A DNA stretch of 64,000 bases from Tubiluchus corallicola (taxonomy: Eukaryota > Animalia > Priapulida): contig JAQGDQ010000379.1 of assembly GCA_030141605.1 (NCBI GenBank), forward strand, positions 62,001-126,000. Reading direction: 5' to 3'. Below the pieces are notes generated by a model. That model was not told the origin of the DNA and did no database searches. It saw only the letters and a program-made list of their open reading frames with translations. How positions within the stretch are numbered: the first letter of the stretch is position 1; every line of letters starts with the position of its first letter. Shown piece after piece: positions 53,201 through 64,000 of this stretch. The translations under genes were made by a program, and so were the position numbers.

Positions 53201-56106
53201 TTAATGATTTTAGGAAAGTAAAAATAAAATTGTCTTAAAATGATATAAATAAACAGCTTTGCAAGGAAGCATGTGAAAAATTTCCATTTTCTTCAATAAA
53301 TTTTCAATTACAAAGCTATAAACACATTTTGACTTGAATACTTTTAGAATCTTAAAGACGGGAGTTATTCTAAACTCAAGACTTCTGTATTCACCAACAA
53401 TTACATAAATAAAGACTTTAACTGCCAATCACGTTGTGTGATGCAGGGCAAATGGTTTTCAGGTGAAGCAAGCTTGATGAAACTGGTAGAGTGGAGTTTG
53501 AAATGCGTTGAAAGCAAGGATGGTTTAAATTACTCAAAATACCCACGGTAAAGTAGAATTTTCAAAACTCATACAAATTTTTCTCTAGTAATTGTCTCAA
53601 TGCACAAAACATTTGCAAGAATTTGCTGAGCATCTCAACTGCGAAATATGAAAAACGCGTCAAGTGTGGTACATTTTTTCAAAACTGAATATACAACTGT
53701 GTCATTGCTCGAGTTGCTCAGTTATTTTCTGAGTTATTGCTAGAATACAAGATTCATGCATTTTGACTTTTTAAAGGAAGTAGAAGCCAACAACCAAATA
53801 AACAGGATTACCTCATACCTAATAAATTTGATCACTTTTCCATAAGTTGACAATTACAGTACTACAGTATTATAGATGCGTAATAACAATTTCTTCTTCA
53901 AAAAGAACTGAAAACTTGTTTCCCTGCCACCAAGATCACCTTTGTTTATAAACTACAAAATTACATGACCACACAGGCACAAATGACCTAAGCCACCCAA
54001 ATATTGTCAATAAAAGCTTTCAAACATAAATAACTGAATGCCTTCCATTCGTATTCATCTTCAAAGGCGACAAGCGTGAGAGGTTTTCCGCCAGGCTGTT
54101 ACAAGTGCACACTTCTCAACTAAGTAGCGAAACTAATCACAGCCTCTTTAGTGCCATAAGATTTTACTCAATATCCTGGCGGCATGGATAAGCGAACCAA
54201 CTCCAGGCCAAATGGTTCAAAACAATAAAAAAGCTCGTCATTTGCTATGTTTTATTATTGCGTTAAGAATTCATGTGACACCCATACATCAAGTGACCAT
54301 TTTTGTCAGCAATATCGTGCTTTGTGCTCATCTTTACTTGAGCTATCCTAATCCTGGAACTGCCCACATGTGACATGCAGCTTACTTAATATTAGGAAGA
54401 CATTAATGTGGACATGGAAATGGTGCAAGAACACAAGGCAACGTAACATGATAATACGCACATGATTCTAAGTACATCAGAGCTTGGACTTCACCAAAGC
54501 AATTCCAGCTAAGACAGCAAGACACTTTTTATTTATATAAAATCCTCACAAACATACATATTTTACAAAAGATGTAATATTCATACAATGGGTTTCCTTC
54601 TATGAATTTCATGGAAACCATGATTAATTCACAAATTAATCAGGTAATAATAACTGAATAAGCTGACAAATTTTGAAATGGATGATAGGGTTATTAAAAA
54701 AAGTTGTTCTTCAATGAATTGAGCAGCACTTCCATATTAAATAATAACAAATTTGAGCAAAACGAATGAAGATCAAAAAATCTTTGTGTGCTTGCATAGC
54801 AAAATCGTCCAGAAGTCGGCAATGAAGCATTTCTACTTATTCACATATCCTGAATCTCCATTTCATGAAGATCATTTTAATACCAAGTTCATCACTCTAT
54901 GTTATTTGTAAGATGAGATAATCCATGTTGAAGCTGAGATGCAGGCTACGCACTGAAAAATATAATCTTGAGAAAATCGCTATTAAAGTTAGCCATTGTT
55001 TTTCTACAAAACACTTAGCAACTGCACAAATGTTGGTTGCTACGGACTTTGCAAGAACACATTGAGGTTATGTTTAAATCCAGTAGATGGCTCTTCCATT
55101 AGATCTTTGAAATTTTTTAATGTTTTGTAGATAATTTGATGCTAGAATATAAATTCCAAGATATTTAGCATTTGCTTTTATAAAAAACAAAAAATTGACA
55201 TTTGGCCAAATTTTTCGCGCATTCTACTTTGAAGCATCATAACGCAGTTTTAACTGTACATTCACAAAGACTTATTGAGAAACTATGCCACTTCCGTCTC
55301 TATTGCACATTTTTAAATTTGCACTATTATAACATGTTCATAAATCATGCAAAAATATGCAAAACTAATACAGAAAAAACTAATTTAGTAGTTTGATTGC
55401 ATTAGCCAAAGCAGATGCACAATGAATTTTAATGCTGGCTGTACTTTACAGTAAAAGTAGATTCTATCTTTAATAAAAAAAAACTGTCACTTGCAGTAGG
55501 TATAAAGAAAAATGTAGCACAGCAGTAATGTGCAACAAAAAACTCGTGGGCAAAAAATCTTGCAAAGTGAAGTTAAACTACGAAATAATGGTTTCTGCAG
55601 CAGTCGCAAACTTTCCGTTTTTCCGTAAAATTGACAAATAACAATACTTGAAAAGACTCGAATAGCTTCCTCGTGAAAAATTAAACAGCACTCTTTCAGT
55701 TTCACCGCGAAAATCATTTGCCGATAAAGATCTACTAAACCACATGAATCTCTCGGGGTAAGAAACGCATGAAAGATCAAGGGATCAATCAATTTCCCAT
55801 CAATCATTTACAAGACGCTAGGCCCACACAAAGTGTGGACAATTTGAGATGACACAGTTGCTATTAGTCTTACTAGAATGACACATTCATCTTAGTGTAC
55901 CTTTCAAATTTTTATTTTTAAGGTTCTTAATAAATACTTAACAAGGCAATTAGCTTATCTCACTTGTTACTAGTTATTACAAGTACAACAACATCTGGAT
56001 ATCGTAATAAAGCTAATGAAGTACGACAGCACTTCGTATTTAAAAATGTGCAGTAGAAGCAGAATTAAAATAGTTATCCCAGTATGTATATAGTTATACA
56101 TATACT

Positions 56107-57240
56107 TTTGTATATGCTTTTGCTCTTCTTCATTAAATATATTGTTTGTATATGCTTTTCTTCCTCTTCATTCAATGTGCTGTTGTACATGCTTTTCTTC
56201 CTCTTCATTCAATGTGCTGTTGTATATGCTTTTGTTCCTCTCCATTCAATGTGCTGTTGTACATGCTTTTCTTCCTCTTCATTCAATGTGCTGTTGTACA
56301 TGCTTTTCTTCCTCTTCATTCAATGTGCTGTTGTACATGCTTTTCTTCCTCTCCATTCAATGTGATGTTGTACATGCTTTTGTTCCTCTTCATTCAATGT
56401 GCTGTTGTACATGCTTTTGTTCCTCTCCATTCAATGTGACGTTGTACATGCTTTTGTTCCTCTCCCTTCAATGTGCTGTTGTACATGCTTTTGTTCCTCT
56501 CCATTCAATGTGATGTTGTACATGCTTTTGTTCCTCTTCATTCAATGTGCTGTTGTACATGCTTTTGTTCCTCTCCATTCAATGTGATGTTGTACATGCT
56601 TTTGTTCCTCTTCATTCAATGTGCTGTTGTACATGCTTTTGTTCCTCTCCATTCAATGTGATGTTGTACATGCTTTTGTTCCTCTTCATTCAATGTGCTG
56701 TTGTACATGCTTTTGTTCCTCTCCCTTCAATGTGTTGTTGTACATGCTTTTGTTCCTCTCCATTCAATGTGCTGTTGAACATGCTTTTGTTCCTCTTCAT
56801 TCAATGTGCTGTTGTACATGCTTTTGTTCCTCTCCATTCGATGTGCTGTTGTACATGCTTTTGTTCCTCTCCATTCAATGTACTGTTGTACATGCTTTTG
56901 TTCCTCTTCATTCAATGTGCTGTTGTACATGCTTTTCTGCCTCTCCATTCAATGTGCTGTTGAACATGCTTTTGTTCCTCTTCATTCAATGTGCTGTTGT
57001 ACATGCTTTTGTTCCTCTTCATTCAATGTACTGTTGTACATGCTTTTGTTCCTCTTCATTCAATGTGCTGTTGTATATGCTTTTGTTCCTCTTCATTCAA
57101 TGTGTTGTTGTACATGCTTTTGTTCCTCTTCATTCAATGTGCTGTTGTACATGCTTTTGTTCCTCTCCATTCGATGTGCTGTTGTACCTGCTTTTGCTTC
57201 TCTTTAATCACTTCTGTTCTTCTTCACTGAACGTGCTGTG
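56107..57240. repeat. Minisatellite, 37-bp unit x about 30, partly dimeric (74 bp)
   Basis: Unit tgcttttgttcctct(t/c)cattcaatgtg(c/a)tgttgtaca. Confidence 0.97.
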
Positions 57241-58641
57241 GTATATACGTTTGCTCCCTTTTATTCATAGTGCTCTGTTTTATGTAATGTGGAAGTGCTA
57301 CTAAAACAATGTTTTTAATAATGCTAAGGATCGATGAAAAACTGTTGGTCTCACTCAGAAGTTTGACACCGTTTATTTCAACATTAATGCATATAACTAC
57401 TTAGAAGGTACATAAGTATTAGGCAATAGTGCAGCCTTGTAGGAAATGCAAACAAAAATATGTACCAGATAAGAACCATAGAAAACTGCACAAACCGATC
57501 ATGACATCAGGGTGTCCTTGGGGAACAGCATGGCTTTAGGCAAGTGATGCACAGAAACACTAATGCATGTTGCCATTATTCTAACAAAAATTACTGGCGT
57601 GAACTTGAAAATTACTGTCTGTGAGCTTCGCACAGCAGCACCGATATTGCTTTTGCAATCTGCTTTTGCAAATAAGCAAGCGGAAGAATCACTAACGTCA
57701 TTGGAAAATAAAACACTAAAGCTTGTTGTGCACACAGACAATTAAACTAAGCATCTAAGTTGATACTTGAATATAAGAATTATTTCGGTAATTACTGTTG
57801 GTAATAAAATGTGTATTTTAGATCGTAAGTTGAAAGAGTTACATTCTAAAAATTGTTGTATTTTCCTTTAATTTAATACTGTTCAAGTTTTGCCGCTCCT
57901 TAATCCAAAAACTTTTCTTAAAGGTAGAAGCTTCTATATGACTTTCTCAGAAAAGCCTCAAAACCACCGACATCTTAATGAAGAAAAACTCACGAATAAA
58001 ACAGTTTGTTTACTTCAAGAAACAAAGAGGAATCAGATAAAGCTAGACTAGATGAGAGGTGGCCATAGACCTATAAACACATGCAGCAACTTCAGCAAGA
58101 AGTGACAGGCCACACTAAGAACCAGCAAAATTTGTGCCCAGACATTCTCTTAACAATCTAGTTTGACTAGACCAGTGTTGAAGTAAGCCAAGTTTCAGTA
58201 TGAGGCATAATATACACCAAATCACCACCATATACGTAACAGTTTTGTTCATTTTTGTGTAATGCTATATCTTTTAGGCTGCTTTGCTTGTTATAAGGAA
58301 AAACTTTGAAATAAAAGTTGGCCTCACTGGATGCCTTTTCTTTAGATCTATTCAAATTTTAGTTGAAATCAGTAGTTCATCTACCCTGATAATCTTCAAC
58401 TAATGTGTGCATCCTGTGCCAGCTAGCTTAGGTGTATAATAACGTGATAAACCAATCCCTAAGTTTAATTTCACTGAAATATCCTTTAGATTTATATTTA
58501 GATTTAGATCTATATTTATTTATTCAAACATTTAGCACAATACTACAAAATGCAATTACAAATTAACATTGCATAGCAGTGCTATTATGAATGTAGCAGA
58601 AGAAATTAACTTGTAAGCTACGTTCAATATGGATAAGCTTT

Positions 58642-58731
58642 AGTGATGACGATGACGATAAGAGTGTTAATACTGATGACAATGGTGGTGATGATAACAA
58701 TGATAATGACTTGGTACTAATGACGATGATG
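58642..58731. repeat. Degenerate (GAT/GAC)n microsatellite
   Basis: gatgacgatgacgat...gatgataacaatgataatgac. Confidence 0.6.
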
Positions 58732-59436
58732 CACCAGGATGCTAAGTCTAGTTTCCGTCTGGGATAAGTATTTAAGGCCAACTCTCGTGAAAGTTGCACA
58801 TATGACAGCAGCTGAAAATGAAGTCCTTCACTTCTCCATGCTTTGAGCAAACCTCCGGGAACTAGGAACTTTGTATGATCAAAGGTTTTCATCACTCAAG
58901 CTATTTTTCTACAAGTACAAAAAAGCTTCAAAAATGTCAAACTCCAAGCCAGGATATCAGTCGTTTAAGGTCACCAATGAATTCTCACCTGTCAGTGTCA
59001 GTATTTACACTCAGTGGCTGCCTCTTTTTACCTTAACTGTCTTCAACTTATACTTAGGTGTTTTCAAAACTGAAAAAACAGCTGGATGAAAAAAGAAACA
59101 GACACAAACAACACAGTTCAAACTTCCCTCGATAAAGACATGATTTTCTGCTATCAAGAAATAGCACAACTTACATAACGCTACATAAAGCATCAGAAAA
59201 TCTGTCAAAAAAACAAAAGCGAGTTTCGTTGACGTCTTGTAAGACAATATCTCTGAGACACCTGGACAAAACCATTTCTCAGCCAAAAATTGTCACAAAA
59301 TTGTGGAAAAAAGAACAAAAGTAACATCTGATATTCCACAACAAGGTGGTGAATAAATTATTCATGAGTCATAATAATCGTGCTAGCAATATTATTACTT
59401 CAAGCATTACCAATCCGTTGTAGATTTTCTACTTAC

Positions 59437-59578
59437 CACTTTCTCCTATGTAGCCAGCAATAGTTATTCCTAAGCCTTGCGCATCTTTCGCAAGTTCTAC
59501 AATAAATGTCTCCATCTCTGGCTCAGCTCCATTCATCTCTACAAGCTGTCCATCCTGACCGTTTCGCTGAATCATGTT
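59437..59578 (-). CDS. MPDZ: MPDZ/Patj exon: start of PDZ3
   Basis: gattttag|AAC...AGTG|gtaagt; NMIQRNGQDGQLVEMNGAEPEMETFIVELAKDAQGLGITIAGYIGES; phase 0 to 1. Confidence 0.95.
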
Positions 59579-60415
59579 CTAAAATCAAACGAAAAAAACT
59601 TAGAAACAACGAACGATTATTCTGTATTATCCAATGTATTATTTACAATAAAAGCCTCTTAGGAAGAAACGAATTGGCTTTCATTTTAATGCAATAGTTC
59701 TACATTAATCATTGCAAGAAGATTCTTTATTGCAGTGACATGATTAGCGACATAGGTTCATCTAATGGCAGTGAAATTACCATGAACAAGCACTGTCGAA
59801 TCATATCTTATTCTGTCATTACATTGATCAGATACTGTATAATAATAATACAAGATTTCTTCAAGTCATTTTAATCAAGATTCACACGCCATACATCTTA
59901 AAAGTACACACATTATGCATATAATGGCAACCAAAGGACACTTAATATACAGGTTCAATTTTGCAAGTCGCTGATGACGAAGTGTTAAGCTGTCAAAACG
60001 AAACACATTTTATTTTAATTAATTTATTTCATCTTAGATAATAAAGAGCTAAGCATAAAGCGTTCACTTGCTTTGTAACATGATTAAATCAAAGTGACTT
60101 AAGTTGTGAATGCAAAAATACTGTGAAACTGGATCTTTTTTCTCAAAACTTTGTATAGTAGGAAAATAACCTTAGCTTAGCAATAAAATAGCACTAACTT
60201 AAATAGCATACATACTTAAATTTCTTTATTGTTCTGCCAATTTTGATGCAAAATTGAAAAATATGCGACACTTTTACAAGAGGAAGTATGAGTCATTAGG
60301 AATAGACATAGAAATGACGTGGGACACCGAATTTTTTTGAACAAATTCAAAATGCCTCAGCAGTACAAATTATATTATATTAAAGTCAAACTCCAACAGA
60401 AACTGAAAATAAATA

Positions 60416-60943
60416 CAGGGTGTCTCAAAAGTCACCATACACTTCACATTTTTAATATTTTTTCAACAAGCAAAGCAAAATGTTTGAAAACTGGTACAGG
60501 TAATTCTTAGTCAAATTAGGCGAAAATTTGAAAGAACTACTGCACAAGTAGGCTTTCCTATATTCACTACCTTCTTCGGGAACCCCAATAGCTTCAGAGA
60601 TCAATCCAATGGTAAGTCGGGCATCCTGCATTGAGAAAGCTTTTCGCAGCCCTTGAGTGGTTGAAAAACTACATTGTTAATAGTGAGAGAATAATGTGGC
60701 CCATATAATGACTCTGAATTTCCGCTCAATACCTATTGGTCATTGAAGGACCTCTTGCCAGGCTGATTTTGCACCTCATTTCCAACTTTACTGTCGTTGC
60801 CATAGGTGTGCGTTTCCAGTCAAAACATAAAAAAAGAATTACCAAAGGCCACTTTTGATTCACGTGAGAGCTTGCTGAGATTGGAGAAAAATTTAAAAAA
60901 GAAATTAGAAAACAAACTGTATAGTGACTTTTGAAACGCCCTA
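60416..60943 (-). mobile_element. Internally deleted Tc1/mariner element (528 bp) with transposase relic
   Basis: TA-flanked TIRs cagggtgtctcaaaagtcaccatac / gtatagtgacttttgaaacgcccta (21 of 25 match). Minus-strand broken frames AWQEVLQ*PIGIERKFR and DARLTIGLISEAIGV resemble mariner N-terminal HTH segments. Confidence 0.8.
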
Positions 60944-62322
60944 TATTTCAGAAAAGAACACCTATGGGTTATGCCACATACAACAAAAACATCACGATTA
61001 TATGCCAAAACCTTATTCCTGTATAAGGATACTTCAAAATACAGCATATGCTATTAATTATGCCAAACTATTAATGTTTATTAAAGGGATTTATTCATAA
61101 CTTATTATGGCAAAGCCTCCAAGCTACACGTTCATTTATAATGAGTGGACTCTAAAAGCAATCTCACTTTAATGAAAGGGAAAATTTTCTATGCATTAAT
61201 CAGTTCTAACAGCCATCATAAATTCTTGCTGAGTTTCCTTTAGAATCCAATTATTGTGAAATCCTGTAGTGATTTGCCAAATTACAATTCGTACATTAGG
61301 AAATTGTGCAATTAATAAATCTGCATTACACGCAAACTTACATCCATTAAAACTGTAAAAACGAGTTGACCAACTCATATAAAATTGTTTACAGACCACG
61401 AATGTAATTAATAAATTAAAATTAAACAGAGCAGCTGAAACATTTAGTTATAAGGCTGCACATTGCTTGTGAACACTTTATTCAGTTATTCAGCTCGCGG
61501 GAATGGAATTTTTTATGACTTTTGATGATGTTATGATGAAGACACGTTATGATAGTTTATAGTTTGCACAACTGAATTTTCACTCATACACACCTTCACG
61601 GATCACAGATTCTTTCAAAAACCCACAATGGTTTCCCAGTTGTTCTCAAAAATCAATGCAGCTGTTTACAAACTTGACAGATCAACCCATACTGGCACAC
61701 ATCTCTATGTGTTTGAAAGGTCCTTACACACACAGAGCAGCACAAGACTGACACAATTTTTAAAACCACAGATATGTGTGCTGGTCTGTGAGAAAGGTGT
61801 TAGGCCTACAAAGATCTACGTTGATCTGTTGTTAGAAAATCGTATAAACATAGTCATAATAATGTTTTACCTGACGTGTGTGAGACTCACCCAAAAGTCA
61901 GCAAAACATAACTCAGCTGAACAAACATTAAAAACACAGAAAAAATTTTGAAACCTGACTTCTGTTTCACAAAATTAGTGACATGTTCACTGACTACTAA
62001 GCTAGTACAAGAGTGATGGCAGCCAGCTGAAAAGCAACAAATTTTCAAAACTCATTAACTGGCTCATTAATTTGAATTTTTAATCAAAAAATAAACTTAC
62101 TTATATGACAATAATCATAAATTATTAAGAACTTCCCAGATTTGTAAATTACCAAATTACAATATAAAAAGCTCATTAATAGTGAATTATACAATCTCAA
62201 CTATATTAACTGACTGCAAACTCCTATAAATTCCTAATTTAGAGAAAAAAGCTCATTAAAAGTACACTATGCAATATCGACTACAACTACGAAAGTTAAT
62301 GTAATGTGAAAAATGTACACAC

Positions 62323-62416
62323 CGAATAGGCACTGTATACAATTTGTTCTGGTTGACTATTAGCAAGATAGTCATTTAGATCTCTTGTTAATATGATTGG
62401 AGCATTTGGCTGGGAG
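62323..62416 (-). CDS. MPDZ: MPDZ/Patj exon: PDZ2-PDZ3 linker
   Basis: cttttcttgtattgcag acceptor; (S)SQPNAPIILTRDLNDYLANSQPEQIVYSAYS; phase 2 to 0 fits both neighbours. The donor (gtgtgt) is weak and an in-frame gtatac donor 18 nt earlier is possible. Confidence 0.75.
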
Positions 62417-62787
62417 CTGCAATACAAGAAAAGATAGTTACTACACTTGTAGAATCATACACGAGTGAAGTCAATCATCAATGAATGCAATTTTTCTGGC
62501 TTTTAATTGATTACCTTATAAAATTTTACAGTACTTATAACAACAGAGGAGGGATTTAACTCTTAGATGGATATACTTGATAGTGAGCTGGAGTCCAGCC
62601 GTGCCACAAACATCCCAGTGAGTAGGGCCTGGTTATAAGTGCTGGATTTCTGGCTTGAAATGTGCCTTATAAACATCATTCTGTTTACATTTGTGATCTC
62701 ATTTTCTTTTTTATTAATTTTTGTCCCTTTAGTCCTAGGCTTACTAATGCTGGTAATACACTTTGTTACATTTGTATATTAGCTTAC

Positions 62788-62948
62788 CTGTGTGAAGGAG
62801 ACGAAGGTTCGTTAATACCACGGGCCACCACAAGCCGGACATGGCTGCCAGATTGACGTAACACGGCTGCCACCTGGTCGGAGCCCATACCACGCAAGTT
62901 AATGTCACCTATTTGCAAGATATGATCTCCACTTTGGAGGCGCTCGTC
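62788..62948 (-). CDS. MPDZ: MPDZ/Patj exon: C-terminal half of PDZ2
   Basis: ttttgcag|GAC...CACAG|gtaagc; 161 nt; [53 protein letters not shown]; phase 0 to 2. Confidence 0.95.
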
Positions 62949-63793
62949 CTGCAAAAACAGCATTACATATAGTCTTGCATAACCATGTGTGCAACTTAGT
63001 GCTTGTTTTGCTCAAAACAGGGCACAATGAAGGGCTCTCTAAATATGTGAATATTTAATGTATTTGCAATGTATAAATGTGCAAATTTTCAATGTAAAGT
63101 GGTAACATTCAGTGTGGACCTCAGTACTCAAAACAAAACTTTTATTGACTGTGTGTTATCAGCGAGGGTTTTTCCCAAAATTGGACACAAATGTGTCATT
63201 TCAAAACTCGGAGGCAAAAATGATGTTGTGTTGCGTGTATTGTAGCTTTTGGTCGGACCATATAGTGTGAAGTCGTGAACTAACAGAAACATCTTTAGAG
63301 CTGCAGTCTTGAGAAATGATTTTCGTTTATTATGCCAAACACTTCTGTAGAGATAATAATTTGTTTGCTAGTCCCAAAACAAAGTACAATAACAACAAAG
63401 TTATGCTTCATTTTATACCAAATCTTAGAGGCACCAAAAGTGTCTTTCCACTCTGCTCATTTTCTTTCTCTATCTCTATTTTTCTTTGAATGCCTGAATT
63501 GTTTTTCAGCAGCTACTCACACCATTAGACTGAGGAAACAAACTGAAAAACTAGGTGAATATACTCCAAATCGTGATGTTTCACGTTAGTCCCGACCTGA
63601 TACAATGTTTAGCAGAAATAAGGAAATGCCTTAGGGACATATTTCTACAGAGAAAAAATTTAAATATAATACTGAAACATACAAGACCGAGCAAGAAAAT
63701 CAATAACCCTATGAGCAAATCATCACACAAAATTTTAACTTGTCACATATAACTTCACAAAAGTTACTAAATTATAAACTCTGAAATTTTTTT

Positions 63794-63862
63794 CCTCCAC
63801 TGGAACTTGAACCTAAGATCTTTTCCTTTCTAGACAGCTATACCAACAATTACGCTTACAGC
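63794..63862 (-). mobile_element. Possible tRNA-derived SINE head relic
   Basis: B-box-like ggttcaagttcc with an A-box-like taagcgtaattg upstream; no intact cloverleaf. Confidence 0.35.
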
Positions 63863-64000
63863 AATACCATTACCATTCTAATAAGTGTTTGATAATGAAA
63901 GCCAAGAAGTAAGCAAAGAGAATTAAATTAACAGACCACAAATGTAGTCCTATATTTCAAACAAGAACAGTTAACCACTTTTGTGACTTAGCCAGCTTTT

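Larger units (their letters stand above)
65..62948 (-). other. MPDZ: Partial multi-exon gene: multiple PDZ domain protein (MPDZ/MUPP1/Patj family), PDZ2 (part) to PDZ6 plus linker; extends beyond both window ends
   Basis: 18 GT-AG exons join in one open frame with matching phases (2492 nt). Translated motifs GLGITIAGY, GLGISLEG, GLGFSILDYQDP, ETVIVIRSLVPGGVA, NSQARAILRRASLLG follow the order of MPDZ/PATJ PDZ2-6 as I recall them. Confidence 0.93.

Noticed and set aside
56084-57304. Cys-rich ORFs (CCCTCF repeats) resembling metallothionein or keratin-associated proteins
   Set aside because: They are translations of a stop-poor 37-bp minisatellite. The unit is not a multiple of 3 and the same peptide cycles through all frames.
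61868-61920. Minus-strand acceptor with two donors
   Set aside because: One donor breaks the phase and the other includes an in-frame TGA

Overview
This is AT-rich eukaryotic (invertebrate animal, probably protostome) genomic DNA, not prokaryotic, and nearly all of the supplied ORF track is noise. One minus-strand gene spans the window: a multi-PDZ scaffold of the MPDZ(MUPP1)/Patj family. I assembled by hand 18 GT-AG exons with consistent phases (2492 nt, about 830 aa), running from the second half of PDZ2 through PDZ6 into the following linker; both ends of the gene lie outside the window. Two very large introns (4984-29725 and 40900-59436) hold minisatellites, MITEs, Helentron-like relics and LINE fragments. 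The main lead is the 24.7-kb PDZ5-PDZ6 intron, which may act as a boundary between two transcription units. It contains a possible short Patj-like 3' end at about 29.7-29.0 kb, a candidate internal first exon or recursive splice site at 13072, and a chain of plus-strand exon-like segments at 18-26 kb. A 21-nt microexon with UGC/UGCAUG motifs lies at 65-85. These isoform ideas are inferences that need transcript data.
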